A DNA stretch of 64,000 nt from Vicugna vicugna (GCA_013265495.1 MU057640.1:1807303-1871302); one strand, 5' to 3'. Positions 29,850-46,609 are shown, counted from the stretch's first letter. Notes: a model not told the origin generated them from the letters alone. Program-made: numbers and translations.

Positions 29850-31230
29850 CAGTGGTTCCCAAAATGTGGCCCACAGAACCTGGAGCAGGGGATCAAGATC
29901 TTTTCAGGGAGTTTTCCAAATCAAAACTACTTTTTGCCTTTTCTAACTGGGTTACGATTGCACTGCTGGTGCAAAAGCAATGGTGAGTAAGACTGCTGGT
30001 GTTTCAACATAAATCAATGCAGTGGCACCAAACTATACTATTTTTCATTGCCACCCATGCACAAGAATAAACAATGAATAAAAATTCAAGTTTCACTTAA
30101 AAATGTCCTTAATGAAGCAATTAAATTATTAAATCACAGCCACTCAATCTTTTTATATTGTGTGTGGCAAAATACACATAAAAGTACTTGTGCTGTACTC
30201 AGAAGCAGGATGACCGTGTCAAGGGAGAGCATTTGTGAAATTGTTTGCTGCACTATCTGCTTTTTTCCATGGAAAATGTTTCTACTTGAATGGCTGACAG
30301 ATATAAACTATGGTTATTCAGACTTGAGCATTTGACAGACATTTCTCAACTGAAGAACATGCCTGCCATTTCAAGGAAAATAACTGACAATATCTGTTGC
30401 CAATAATTCAAGGTTTCAAGCAAAAATTAGAATTTTGGAAAACTTTTATCTACCATGATGAGCTTGACAGCTTCTCAGTACTTCTGCCATTTTCTTTTGA
30501 GATTGGTGGTAATATGAATGAATATATTTTTAAAATATTGTATAATGAGTCAAAATTTGGAAGATCTACATTACTCACTGAACCAGTATTTTCCAAATGA
30601 TCAGTAAAGATGTTATAAAAGTATGCATGGGTAAAAGATCCATTCAAAGAATAAGACATATAAATAGATTTTGATGTAATACAGTCCCCAAAATTCACTG
30701 ATACAGTTTTAGATTCCACATTGCCACTAATCTTTAGGAAACACCATCTGTCAAGTTTTTGTGAAGAATTAAAGAAAAATATCCACAATTGTCTAAAAAG
30801 GCTATTAAAATACTTCTCTCTTCAAACTATTTATCTGTGTGGGGCCAGATTTACTTTATATGTTTCAACCAGAACAACATACTGCAACAACAGATTGAAT
30901 GCAGAAGCAGATACAAGAATCCAGCTGTCCTTTAGAAGCCAGGCATTTAAGAGATTTACAAAACTATAAAAACAGTAACATTCTTCTCACTGATTCTTTT
31001 TGGTAGGATGGGAAACATAGTTATTCTTCATGAGAAAAGTGTTATTTATGTTAACATGTAATGGGTTTATTGTTGTTATTTTTGTATTAATTAATGAACA
31101 TTTATAATTCTGAGTTTTGATTTATGATTATGGTAAATATTGGTAGGTAAAAACCCCTATCAACGAGTCCTTGGAAACTTCAATAAATTTTAAGATTGCG
31201 GGTAAAGGGGTTCTGAGATCAAAAAGTTTA
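29850..31230 (+). mobile_element. Charlie1-like hAT DNA transposon fossil
   Basis: CAGTGGTTCCCAAAATGTGG terminus, GCAAAAGCAATGGTG motif, disrupted transposase-like segments (NNRLNAEADTRIQLS in ORF 30721-30969), GAGATCAAAAAGTTT near the right end. Confidence 0.8.
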
Positions 31231-32138
31231 ATGTCTGCCACAGACATTATTATGGACTAAATTTAAATGCTGGCCCGGAAAAAAAAAAAGGATATAAAAT
31301 ACTGAAATTCACCAAAAAGGGAAACACTATGTGTGGTTTAAGGTAAGAGACCAGAGCAAAAGTTTCAAATCCGTAAGCCAGTTCATTGTTAAAAAGGTAA
31401 GATTACCATATTCACATATCACATGTGCCAGTGTGTGAATGTGGAGAGAAAAACAGTCACAGAGACAGCCAGTAGAATTATAGTTAGTACAAGCTCTTTG
31501 TGAATCAATACGTTAATACATACTAAAAGCCTTTAAAATGTTTAAACTCTGTGACTCAGTAATTCCCCTTTAGATATTTTAAACTAAAAAAAAAAAAAAA
31601 AAAAAAAAGAAATTTGGAGAGGTTATACACAGGATAGTTACTAGACATCAGATTAAACAGTTAGCCTAAGGGACTAAGCTTAAATAGAAAACACTTTATC
31701 AAAGATGGTCATCAAAAACTTATCTTCATGAAAAACCAGAAATGACCTACAAAAAGTTAATCTCTAGAAACAGCTATTTCTTAGAAAACTATGAGATAAC
31801 TATGAGTGCTATAATGATGCAACACTGTATAGCATACAGTTTCAGTGTATTACTACTGTGGAACAATTCTAGGAAATAAAATTAAAGGACAAAAAATGAG
31901 TATATTCAACTAGAACTATGTTTTTAAAATCATATAAATACAAAAAAGGTAGAGAAATAGAATAATTATTCTGACCTCCAATTTTATATAATTTTGAAAC
32001 TAAAAGTATTTATAAAATTTTAGCAAAATATTTCTATACAAAAAATTATTAACCATGAACAATTTATAATAATGCTGTTAATACTTTTTCCTAGTAAAAA
32101 AGATAAAAACCAGTTTTCAAATGCTTTTCTTTTACTCA

Positions 32139-33211
<1,073 letters not shown>

Positions 33212-33354
33212 TCAAAAGCTTATCAAATTTTTTAATTAGAAAATGAAAAACCTCTAAAATGTATTTTCTTCCAAATAGGGAAATGACACTGAAATTATTG
33301 GCCATCTGCATAAAAGGAAAAGAAGTAACAACTGCCAAAACACTGCACGTTTCT

Positions 33355-33449
33355 CTTTTTCTTTTTCTTTAATGGAGGTACCAGGGATCGAACTCAGGAC
33401 CTTGTGCATGCTAAGCACGCACTCTGCCCCTGAGCTATACCCTCACTCC
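33355..33449 (-). mobile_element. tRNA-derived SINE (Vic-1 type)
   Basis: TTTAATGGAGGTACCAGGGATCGAACTCAGGACCTTGTGCATGCTAAGCACGCACTCT..CTGAGCTATACCC. Confidence 0.88.
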
Positions 33450-34450
33450 TTGCACATGTTTTTAGGTAAAGTTAGATAGCTGACTTATGGGTTTGTGTTT
33501 CATCTGTTAAAAAAAATCCTGTGCTCTCTATTGGTTACATTATTATCATAAGAAAAACAAAGACAGGCAGGAAATCTAGATGTCTGTAAATCTTGAGCAA
33601 TACACATACATATATATTACATTTATTTATTCTAAGACATTTCCCTCAAATTTTAGTGCTTTGAAAACCGTGTATGTTTTAAATGTAATGTCAAAAGGAA
33701 TCTGAAACCTGCCAGTCAAGGGATCCAGCTGTAATACAGCTGTCATTGCTGGTTTGCCTAAAACTTAGTAGCGTGCATTAGGCATCTGTTCACAGTCAGA
33801 ATTGTCGCTGCCAATGGAAACGCAATACATCTTGGAATCTTATTTAAATTAGCATCTGTTTTGTTGCTGAACACGTTTTCAACACTGAAACAGAATTCCT
33901 GTGTTCGCCCAGGACTGCCTCTGCATGCGAGGCAAGGCAAGGCCCCGTTCTCAGAATGGATCACAAAATCTGAAAAGCAAGAGGCTCTGTCTAATTCAGT
34001 GCCATGATTCAGGCACCAAACACCTCATATTTAAATTATTTAGCTGATTTACAAATGAACTTGTTTAATTTCCAATTTAAAAAAGAAACCACAAAATCAA
34101 CCAACTAGAAAGTGCAGATGAACCCCTACATTCTTTGTCATGACTCAAAATTACGCTGGCAATCCTCGGTATTAACATGATCAGGATGACAGGAAGTAAA
34201 AGCAGCATGTGTATTATCAAGATGTCATTATAATTGCTTAAAAACAGTGATTCAGAACACTCTTCAGTTTCTAAATGTGAAACAGATTGTACTCAAATTT
34301 TGTAATATTTAAAAAATGATACACATTTACAAGGATAAATGGTTAGTGGATAAAAATATTTTTGTATACAGAGTAATTCTTTTCTTGAAAGATTATTAAA
34401 TCAATAGTACATCTTACAATGATATCTTAAAATAGAAGATACATCTAAAG

Positions 34451-34543
34451 AGATCCCTTGAATATTACTTGCTTATTAGTAACACTGTTAAGATCTATTC
34501 AAGATCCCTTGAATATTACTTGCTTATTAGTAACACTGTTAAG
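34451..34543. repeat. Perfect 42-bp direct duplication with a 9-nt spacer
   Basis: AGATCCCTTGAATATTACTTGCTTATTAGTAACACTGTTAAG at 34451-34492 and 34502-34543. Confidence 0.95.
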
Positions 34544-35924
34544 TTTGTAACCATACAAAACACAAACTCCTTACGGGTGGAGTTTTCTGTGTTTTGTTAA
34601 CCAATGCAGCTTGAGCACCCAGAACTGTTCTGGAACATGTTATGCTTTCAAAAACAATTTGCTTAACAAATGAAAGTATTAAGAAAATCCAAACTAATGT
34701 GCGTTAAGTGTAGTGACTATTTTAAGGATTGTTTATATTTTACTACAACTTTCATTCTTTCATTTTTTTCCCAACCCCGTATAAAAGAAGTTTCAATACA
34801 ATTTCCAATGTAAATATTAAATTCATGAGAAATCGCATGCCTTTTTATACAAACAATTCCCTGCTTAACTTTCTGGCTTCCTCCTTTGGTTAATCTTGCT
34901 CACTACAAGAGGAAATAAATGATAAAAATGCTTACAAATTAGTGACTGAACAAATACAATACTGCAATATTTTAGAAGCTATTTATCACAGTATTTAGCT
35001 CCATGTTTTGAAACTGACTATTACTAAAACCTTGTTCGGATCCATGGTTTTCACTGGTACTTCCCCCATCCTAGGTCAGACCTCTATCACATCTAAGTTA
35101 CTGTCACAATCTCTTAAGCTGTTCTCCATACCTTTAGGTTCTCTCTTCCCAAATTTATCCCAAATGTGGCTCACCAGGCTAACTTTCCTAAAACTGGGCT
35201 TTCATTGTGTTTTGCAGCTGTTCATATGCTTCAGCTTTCTGTTACCTATCAAATGGGATAATATATGTCAAAGTCCTTTGAATGTGGTCAGTGTTAACAT
35301 GAAATCTAAACTCTAATATACAAATAATCTGCACCATCTATTTCATTTAGAAAGCTGGTTTGGCAAAAAGTTTCTTTAAGTGGGAGGCAGAAGTTTCAGG
35401 TTTTATCGTCTCATTTGTCAAAGGACTAAAAGCACCTATCTCATGGGTATGTAGCATATTTCAGAAACATTTAATAAATTTCAGAATATTCCACAAGTAA
35501 ACTAATTTCTGATTGCTCCCATGTGGCCTCAGAGCCCTCAGTATCTACCCTCTTCATTTAGCTATCAGGTTATTTCCTCCCTCCATCTATCCAGCAGCCC
35601 AAAGACCAGTTCAATTATTATCATGTCTATTTCTAAAACTATTTAAAACCACACCCCCTTTTGGAAGATCCCACATACTAAAAAATGTATACTTGCTAGA
35701 GTTTCTCTAATTTTTCCATGTAACTTAATCTTACCTTCCTAGCTACAGTAAGAAATATGTCTTCTGCGGATCATAGTGACTGGCATTGGTTCGGATTCTA
35801 ATATGCACCTAAATAGTTGGCTGACTGAAGAAAAGGTATTACTTAAATGATAATGAAGCATAATCCTCACTAAATAGCATACTACTTAGGGCGACACATT
35901 TTACAGATGGGGTTATTTCTTTCA

Positions 35925-36143
<219 letters not shown>

Positions 36144-36814
36144 CTAGTGACTGAAAACTTCAGAAACTCTACTAACTTCAGAAAGATCACCATTTTACTT
36201 ACTAAACTTACTTTCTCTATGTATATACATCAAATTTAAACTTTTAAAACCATTATAATATTCTTTTCTAGTAATAATGTATTATGATTCTTGTCTATTA
36301 TATAAATAAGCAGGTTTAAAAAAATAAGTTAACAGCACTGCAATTCTGACATTTGGTTCTCCAGTTTCTCCATATTTCTATTGCTTTAACATTAGTAACA
36401 TTTAGCAAATAAACAATAGCAATGCTTACCCAACAACAAGTACCTAGTGTAGGGGGTAGGCCTACAGGAAGACTGTATAGGCAAGTGGCCACCTATATGG
36501 CCTGACTTAACCACAGTACACAAAAATAACCATCTCCAAAACTTACAATCTAATATTAAACTTGTTTAATAAATGTCATCTCATAAAATGGTAGTTGACA
36601 ATGAGCAGTCTGGAGTAGTAACATGCCAAGAGCAGAAACAGATGTTCAGAAAAGGGAAGTCACAGATAAAATTTCACCTGAATTTTCTACACAGTGCTTT
36701 ATACCAAAGAGATACTCAAAGAGATACTCAACTTTGTTACTTGGTCAATAACTTAAGACATTGCTTAGGACAGCCCCCAGCAGTCACACTTGGATTAGAG
36801 AAGCACTGTACTTA

Positions 36815-36979
<165 letters not shown>

Positions 36980-38722
36980 TCAAGAAGACCATGTAACTTA
37001 ATGTATAGAATAGTTCAGCAACATGAAAAAAAAGGAAAATCTTACCATTCAAACTCAGCTCACTATAAATAATGTATGAAATCTAGTACTTCAATCAACT
37101 ATCAATTTCTATGAATTCTGAGACACATTCAACTTAGATGTAACTTAAGTTTAGATGAATTTCATTTTAAACTTAGTTCCTGAAACCTAAGTTTTTTAAT
37201 CGTAACTTTTCCACATTTATGCCTATAACTTTTGGAGAAAAGGTTACTGTCTCTTTCCCCCAAAATATAAATGATCTATTAAATTATCCATTTTTAAAGA
37301 TACAAACACAGAACAGATGCGAAAGTATGACATGTTTGGGTTCACACACTTTGTAGGAGTTATTTTCATTGCCAGTAATACTTTTTCGAGTATTTTAGTA
37401 TCTAATTTCTCTGGGGAAAGTGTCTAGGCTATGCTGAGGTTCTCCGACCATCTGAAAACAGTGTCACCCGGCTCCAGGAAGTTCTCTAGTGAATGATGTT
37501 TTCCTTTCAGTTGCTAAGATAAACTCTGCTAATGCCTAGTACTCCTATAAGTCAAAAGTGTTCTATTGACTCAAAATTTCTAAAAATGTAGACTAAATAT
37601 TTTAAGATAAGAAATAAACAATATGATCACTGATTTACTTTAACAAAAACTGCTCTTTAAAACAAACCAGATATACTTGCTAACATTTATATATGAAAGC
37701 AATACTAACAGTTACCCATCAAAAATAATCATTAAGTTGCTTTCCTTATGGTAAGAATGGGTAGTTTCTTACAGCTTCATGTCACTTTCTCTTATTACAA
37801 GAGCACACGGTTTTTAAAAGGTCTGCACAGTGCTATTACTACACTCTACAAGTTGTTTATTTAATTATCTATCCAGGACCAAAATGGTGATAAAAATTAC
37901 AGTGCCATGATGCTTTAAGAAATTTTGTTAAAAGGCCCAGGAAATTTGCTTTGAGAATGCAAAGTCAAGTTTAGTATAGAAATCTTTCAAAAGCTTTGAA
38001 GTTCCCTAAAGTTAATTTACCTCCCAACAGCTGAGGAATTTAACTTCTACAGTAATTCATTAATTGAAGAAAAACCTTTGAGGAAAAAACATTGGCTTGT
38101 TTAACCACGGGTATATAATAAACAATGACATAGACATTAACTTTTATTATTTCTCTAAAATGAGGAAGTATAGTTTATGACAGGCTGTGGAGCCAATGAA
38201 CAGGACTGAATACTTGTAACAGGAAAGAAAAGTCAGGATTTAAAGTGGCAAGCAAGAAGCTTGACTGGCCTTCTACTCCTTTTTAGTCATTTTATACATC
38301 ATCCCAAATATAAATGACATCCCAAATATAAATGAATAATAGCAATTACAAACGTTTTTCACTTCTTTTTTCTTGCTGAACTCTTTATCTACCCCTCTCT
38401 GGTAGACAAAGCGTCTCTGTGAAAACAGGAACAAAGGTCTCTCTATTCCCCCTATGCATTCAGTTAAAAATATTTCAAACAGGCTGCCTGCATATGGCAA
38501 GGAAAACTGAGGGAAAAGGTAGGGACTGGAAAGAGAAGTCAAGCACACACATGAAAGGGTTAACCAATGAGAGGTCCGTGAAGAATAATTTAGAGAATTC
38601 TGTGGGAAGTTGGGATTGTAGCACTGACATTTATACTTCGACTGGAAGGAAAGCATCTTGCATCAAACCAAAGCATCAGACACAAGCCAAAGTGTTACTT
38701 GATGTGACCTACTTAACTGTCA

Positions 38723-39010
<288 letters not shown>

Positions 39011-39574
39011 TCAACTTGAGTCCACTTCAGAATCAAAGAACCAAACATGTGTCCACAGTTAACATTTTTATATTATGTAGTTTTCTGATGAATCAGCTAT
39101 GAAAGTTAGTGACTGTTCATGTATTATCATGTACTTAAAATCGTATTAACTACTTTCTTTGGTGTCTCACACTGTCAGTATACTCAAGAGTGGCCTGAGG
39201 TGTATTGCCTGCCACTCCCAGAATGTTCTATGTGACTTGTAGAGCAATGCACTAAATTGTTCTAACTAGTAGAGATCAAGAACATGTAAGTCTATAAGTG
39301 AAAAGCAGAATAGGATAAACACAATGTATTCTTTTTCTGCTGTCTTCACATGCTTTGCAAGAAAGTTCTCATGTATGACTAAATTCACAAAAAAATCAAG
39401 TACTACCTTTCAAATGTTCAGATAGAAAGTCTTATGTTTAGAAACCAAAAAGGCCTATATTTGGGCCCTGAAAACACACTGGACCTTACTAGCTTGTGAG
39501 GTACTCAGGAATTAACAGTTCAAATTGGAAGAGAAGAAAACAGGCAAAAATGTTAAAATTAAATAATACAATCT

Positions 39575-40905
39575 TGGCTTCTGGACAAATGAAATAATAG
39601 AGATTTATTCTCCCACATGAACCAAAACAGAGTAAGATATATGAACCAATGGTTTGCAATATGCTAGACCTAAGGAAACAAACAGTGAACCCTCAGAGAA
39701 AGGAAACAGATAAGGCCAATATTCAGTTTACTGCCCCGAGGGTTTCCAGGTTGTAGTGCAGGGAGGGGACCCATGTGATGTCTCCTGAGTTGAGGAGATG
39801 GAACTGTGAGCCTGGAGAGACCAAGGCAGCTAGATTCACCAGACAGACAGTGCACCAGAGAAAAGTGCATGGAGAGAGAACTTGGAAGCTCTGCTGAGGG
39901 TCTTCAAAGAGTATCTACAGGGGCCAGAGTATTCAGGGGACTCAGAACATGTGTGTGAGAGGAAACTACACATGGCCAGAGAAAGAACCACACCCAAGGA
40001 TTAGAGAGAACAGTACCCGGCCTCACGCAGGGCTGGCCATAGTGCCTGTTCTCACACATCAGACTGAAACACTCAAGATTCCCAGGGCACTGGTCAGGGT
40101 GCTCAGCAGGGTGTTGCCTCAGTTGTGTATGGAAAGGGGGGAGAATATTAGCCCTACATTAAACACAGCCTTAGTCCCAATTAAGCAATCTTAAAAGTTA
40201 GATCTGAGAGGATCAAACTGTTAACAAATAACTTAACAGTGCCCCCCCAAAAAGTTTAAGAATATTTCTAGAAATACAAAAATATCCAATACCCAATAAG
40301 GTAAAATTTATAATGCTTGGTATCTAATCAAAAATTACCACATATGCAAAGAATCAGAAAATTATGACTCATGGAGGAAAAAAAAACAATTAATCAAAAC
40401 CAACCCATATGCAGCACAGAAGTTAGATTATGAGACAATGACATTAAAAGAGTCAGAAGTGAACTCTGTATGTTCAGAAAGGTAAATAGAGGCATGAGAG
40501 AGATAGAAAAGACCTAAATCAGACTTCTAAAGATGAAAACTCTTAAGTTCTGAGATAAAAAATACACTGGATAGGATTAATTGCAGGTTACACATTACAG
40601 AAAATTAGTGAACTGACAACAAAGCAATAGCAATAGGAAGTATTCAAAATTAAACACACAGGGAAAAAAAAGGAAATCAAATGAACAAAGCATCAGTAAG
40701 CTGGGGACAAATTCAAGAGGCCAAAGATATATGTAACTGGAGTTCATAAAGGTGGGGGGAGGGATAGCAGAAGAAAAGGGAAAAAACTTGAAGTAATAAT
40801 GACCAAAATTTTCTAAATTTGATGAAACCAGGCCACAGATGCAACATACCTCAAGTAAAAAACATGGAGAAAACCATAGGAAGGTACATCATAATCAAAC
40901 TGACA
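39575..40905 (+). mobile_element. Ancient L1 (L1MC/L1MD-like) 5' UTR and ORF1 remnant
   Basis: Collinear similarity with 15603-16900 (GAAAGAACCAC, GAGAGGATCAAACTGTT, ATACACTGGATAGGATTAAT, AGCATCAGTAAGCTGGGGACAA). Confidence 0.75.
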
Positions 40906-41229
40906 GCACACAGAAATACAGGTCTGCACAAAAGAACCAAGAGCACAGACAAGGGCGATGGCATGGCCGACAGCTGGGCAGACTGCACTGCAGGGGCACC
41001 AGCCACACAGGCCTGACTTAGAGGACGAGTTTCTAGACTTCCAGGGGAACAGAAGGAGACTGCTGGGGTTTCAGAAGGGGTGGAGGCCTGAGGGCATACT
41101 GTGGTCTTGAGTACAACTTGGCTCCCACGGTCCTCACTTGCTGGTATTTATGTCTGCTTGCATCCCCTTCCACATTGTACCAGGGTTGCCCTCTGTGACC
41201 AGTTAATACAGAAGGAGTGGTGGTGTGCA

Positions 41230-41465
41230 ACATTAGCCATTCCGTGAGGAAAACTCAGGCAGCCTACGGTGAGGACCATGTGGCGAGGAATGGAGTGCAC
41301 TGTCTGGCCAATAGTCAGCAAGGTACTGAGGCTTGCTAACGGCTTCAGTTGACTGCAGCCACTTATGATTGTAGCATCGTAACACATGCTGAGCTGGGAT
41401 CATCTAGCTAAGCCAGTCCCAAATTCACGATCCAGAGAAACAATGAGAAAGTAAGCACTTGTTAA
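41230..41465 (+). mobile_element. MaLR LTR fragment (MLT1-like)
   Basis: CCATGTGGCGAGGAA...CAGCAAGGTACTGAGGC...CTAGCTAAGCC..CCCAAATTC..CCAGAGAAACAATGAGA. Confidence 0.6.
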
Positions 41466-41541
41466 AACCAAACAAAATGCCATATTTTGACATTATGAAC
41501 AAACAGTACCATCAAATCAGAAATGAATCCAAACCAAGTTA

Positions 41542-41700
<159 letters not shown>

Positions 41701-43020
41701 TTACACAAAATTTTAAAAATCTTTACTCCCAATGATCAAGTTTAAGAAATAAATTTTCAATGATCCTATTCTGTAGCACTTACAGATATTCCTTACATAT
41801 AATAATTAACTGTAATAAGTCTTATTTTCTTCCTCAAATCTTCATATGTTGGCCGGACACTGCAATACCAAGGGACTTAAACTAAACTTCACTAGTCCCA
41901 CACAGCGTATAACATATCATAACAAAGTCTTTTTAAAATGAAGATTTCTTCCCCTCACTGGTCTGTAAGTTTTACTTTTACATATGGGAAAAGGAAATGA
42001 GATAGTTACTGTATGTTTATAGGGTATATATCCTTTTGGATAACAAAAATGTGTATTTTCACTGGCCTTTTGAAATGTTGAAACTGTATGCACAATGTCC
42101 TATTTTACTTACTGGATTTTGGTTATTTTAGTGGTTGCAGTAAAACTCAGAAACCTCTTGATATCTTTGGTCATCAACTGACTCACAGATTCATGCTTTT
42201 AAGCTAGACTCAGAAATATCCTACTATATTTAACATGAAATGTCCTTTGCTAGTATGGAAACTCAAGTCAGAAAAACTATATTTTATCTTGAGGCAGTTT
42301 TGTACTTTTCTAAAGTTTTCTAAAGCATATGTGAACAGCTCAACTTCAGTGAAGGTAAATATTATGGGTAATTCAAGACCTATATAAATTTAGTTGTTCA
42401 CAAATGAAAATATGTAAGATAACTTGGAAAAAGAACATTTTGTGTTTTGTCCCATAAAACAGATATGAATCTGTAGAATTCATTTTTTAAATAATTACTA
42501 AAAGAATGCAGGTAACACTAAAATTTACTAAATTAGAAAATTTTTAAAAATCACTACATTTACTTAAGTATATTAAATTAGTACAGGCTATTGTCCTCTC
42601 CTTCAATCTGGAAAATAAACTCACACACACTTTTCAGACTTGAGAAATAAAACATGCTAGAAGACCAACAGATGACTTACAGGACATCATTTTTATCAAT
42701 AAGAATAACAACAAAATAAATCTAATTTATGTTAATAGCCATCTTTCAAATCCTAGTTTAAGTTCAATAGGATTAAGAATTCTATAAATAAAATAACTTA
42801 ATTTTAAAATAACTTACCCAAAATGAATGATTAGCATACTATTCAACATGGAAAGAATCCTTGAGGACTGATCATTTCTTACATGTTAAAATTGGAAATA
42901 AGATCATCAACCATGTACAGCTCTCTCTAGTTTCTCCCCAATTACTAAAATTGTGTTACTTCAAAAATGATCATGACAAACTGTCTAAAATTTACAATTT
43001 TAAAAAGCTAAGGATTTTTA

Positions 43021-43143
<123 letters not shown>

Positions 43144-43585
43144 TTACATTAAAAAAAATGAGAAAATAATTAATTTAAAAATACATTTATAACCTAAAAA
43201 CTAGTTAGCAAATAAACTTTGCTTCATAGCAATAAAATAAAACTTCATAGCAAATAAAGTTTATAATAGAAAACCAAGTAATCCAAGTATATTTAATCAT
43301 TAGCAAATGACAAATTCTAAAAAGTTTAAGATGCCACAAATAAGCATACAATAACAATATTTTTATTAAAATATAGTTTTAACACTCAGGAGAGAAAAAG
43401 CTAACAAAACCTCTCACAGCCAGTGGTGGTCAGAATGACCTAAAGTTAACATATTTTGAAACCAAATATAGACAAGTTAATAGTATTTTGACAAGGCACT
43501 GGGAAAACAGATCTTGGAAGTTAAATTTGAAAGAAATGCAAACTTATTTAAACTTCTTTAATTCAGTAACAACTGATTTCACTTA

Positions 43586-43699
<114 letters not shown>

Positions 43700-44604
43700 T
43701 TAAAAAAAAAAAAGTTTGACAGAATAATACGCTCCTAATTCATAGTCATATAATCCTTTATGTCAATACTTTGGAGAAAGATAACTGAATTCAATAACCT
43801 TCTTAGCCGTATTATTAATTGCATTTTATTCCAGACAAATTTAATGTTACTGCTTTCTGATGAACGAGAACTTGGCCGCTAGATCGCCTCCAGATTTCTT
43901 TGGTGCTAAAGCTCTACTACACACTATGAATAGTACATGTGTTTCTGGTATGTGTTGCTGTCAATTTCTTTCATATTTTAAGTGGTATTAAGTTTACAGC
44001 AAACTACAGTCTCCCTTTTGAAAAACAAAAGAACTTGGTGTAGCAAATTTCTGATTACATATAATGGAGTAGGAAAAGGCAACACATGATACAACACATT
44101 AGGCAGACAGACTGCTGACATTCGGTGCGCTACTTCTTGATGCCTTTGTTCATGTAACATGCCACTCTATCCTCCAGAGCACTGAGCAGATAGTCTGTGT
44201 TTCCTGAATGAATGAACTGCATATTACTAGAAATAAACAATACAAAGGCTGGCTTCTAAGGCCAACCAAACATGTGGGTGTGGATATCCATGTCTGCTTT
44301 GCTCACCGCAGGATCTCTGGAGTCTACAAGCATGGCACCTAGTATAGAATAGGTAACACTGGTAAAAGGAAACAGTTCTTAACAGTTCTTAAGTATGGCC
44401 TGAGAGGTGAACACCTTTGTCTTCCTCTGAGGATTCAAGAAGGGAGAATGGCAGGAATGGGTAATCAAATGGTAGTTTATTATACAATTTGCTTCTTCTT
44501 TTTCCATTTAATAATAGTCTTGAAAATTATTCCACAAAGCAACAGAGAGATTTCTTTTTAATGGCTACATGAAAATCATCATCATCATCATATTATGTGT
44601 TATC

Positions 44605-44795
44605 ACACTACGTGTCGAGCCCCATTCTCAGATCTTTATAAATACTTCCTAAATAATTCTTACAATCATCCCTGGAGATTTGTACTGTTACTCCCCAATT
44701 TATAAATGAGGAAATTAAGGTACAAATGGCTTATATAATTTGTCCAGTTAAGTGGTAGAGCCAGGAACTAACCTTCCTGAGACGCCTGAATTCAC
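44605..44795. mobile_element. MIR SINE
   Basis: CCCCAATTTATAAATGAGGAAATTAAGGTACA...TAAGTGGTAGAGCCAGGA. Confidence 0.6.
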
Positions 44796-45254
44796 TGAGA
44801 AGAAAGTTATACAATATGTGAAGAGTTTGAGAACGAAAGAGAGTTATATAAATACATATGAAACACAGTAAAGGAGAAAATGAAATGTATGCAGGAATAT
44901 ATTTGCATGGTGATAATAAGGTGAACATATTAGGGGTATGAAGGAGACTGGGTTGGTTGACAATGTATGAGGTGAGAGGTGAAAGAAAGTTAAGCCTACA
45001 ACTTCCACAAAGTGAGGTTCATGAATAATGCCTAAAACTTGACAGAATACAAGAAGTGGGTGTGTAAATTAGTTACGCAGGGACATGGGAGCAAATACCA
45101 AAAGAATCTGCTCAAAAAATTAAAAAGAGATAACTCTGAGTAAGGGGTAAAGGGGTGGGGGGCCTTCCTGGTAGTAAGTCTTGTAGAAATATTGGACTCA
45201 TTAAAAGATAAGCATGTACAACTCTGGTAAGAATTAAAACTAAAAAAACAGACG

Positions 45255-45812
45255 TCTAGCACAACCACTTTGGAAAACTGGCAACTCCATTTTAGGTATC
45301 TACCTAAGAAAAACGAAAACATATGTCCACAAGAAGACTTGTACAAGAAAATTCATAGCAGCCTCATTCATGATAACCCTAAATTAGAAAGAACTCAGAC
45401 GTTCATCTCTAGGACAGTAGATAAACCATGACCTATTCATACAGACAAAATAAGGAGGATTTAAAACTAAATAGGATACTTAATCTGCAATAAAAAGGAA
45501 CAAACTATTGATACACATAATGTAGATTTATTTCAAAAATACATTAAACAAGACACATCAGCTACAGAACAGTAAATACAGCACGATTCCATTTATATGA
45601 AGTTCAAGAACTGCAAAGCTACAATAAAAGCACCTGGGCAGAGGGGCTGGGAGAGAACAAGAGCAACTTTCTATTGGTGATGAAACTATTTTATATCTTG
45701 ATAGTGGTGCATATTACATAGGTGTGTGCATTTGTCGAAACTCATCAAAGTGTGTACACAAGATATGTGGAATTCGCTGTATATAAATTTTGCCTCAATT
45801 AAAACAAAACAA
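45255..45812 (+). mobile_element. Ancient L1M 3' fragment
   Basis: ACAACCACTTTGGAAAACTGGCA...ATATGTCCACAAGAAGACTTGTACAAG...GATTCCATTTATATGAAGTTCAAGAAC. Confidence 0.8.
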
Positions 45813-46609
45813 TATTTAGAAAAAAACACAAAATGTCTGTATCTGACAAATGCTTGACATTACTTTTTATTGTTCTCAGACAAAAGAAAAGCATACTTAA
45901 ATTGGTCTCAAAATTACTTATCTTGTTTAGATTAAGAATTTGGAATAATCACGCATACAATGTAATTCAAAAATATGTAAGTCGATAGTAACTACTACCT
46001 TCATTGAGTACTAACTAGAAAAACAAAGAGCAAAACAAACCCAGCCACCTCTGAGTTTTTAATAAACTCCTGATTCAGACTGGGAGGAAATTCAGAAACT
46101 ATGAAAAACAAAACCACTTAGGGAAGTTCACCTTGATCAAAAGATTAAAAGGTGAATTTATTCTACACACTGTAGCAGGTCTGAAAGTTTCTGCTTTATC
46201 ATGTAATGCCCAAATTCTAGTAATCTCTTAAAACTATGTAAACATCTAGAAAGCATACACATACTAATAAGAAGCACTAAAACTGTCTTAGAAGAAACAT
46301 TTTAATGTTTAATAAGCTTTAATGGTTAAGGAAAAACAAAAAAGTAAACACAAAGAAAGCAGAAATCAAAAATGATAGATGTAAAAGTCTATATTAGTGG
46401 ATAAAAAGAAAAATTAAACCATTACTAAACATATGCCATAATGCCCCTCACTGAGTCTAACTGTCCATCAGTAACCTCTATTATCAACTTGCTGTGTATT
46501 CTTCCATAAATACTCTATGTATATACATGCCATCGGATGTATTATAACACACACACACAAAGGAAATATCCAGTTTTTGGCATAATGCCTTCTTTTTTAT
46601 TAAAAATAC

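Noticed and set aside
30397..30969. Domesticated hAT transposase gene
   Set aside because: Fragmented by stops and frameshifts; Charlie1 fossil
34451..34543. CRISPR-like repeat-spacer-repeat
   Set aside because: Only two copies with a 9-nt spacer, in a mammalian intron, with no cas genes
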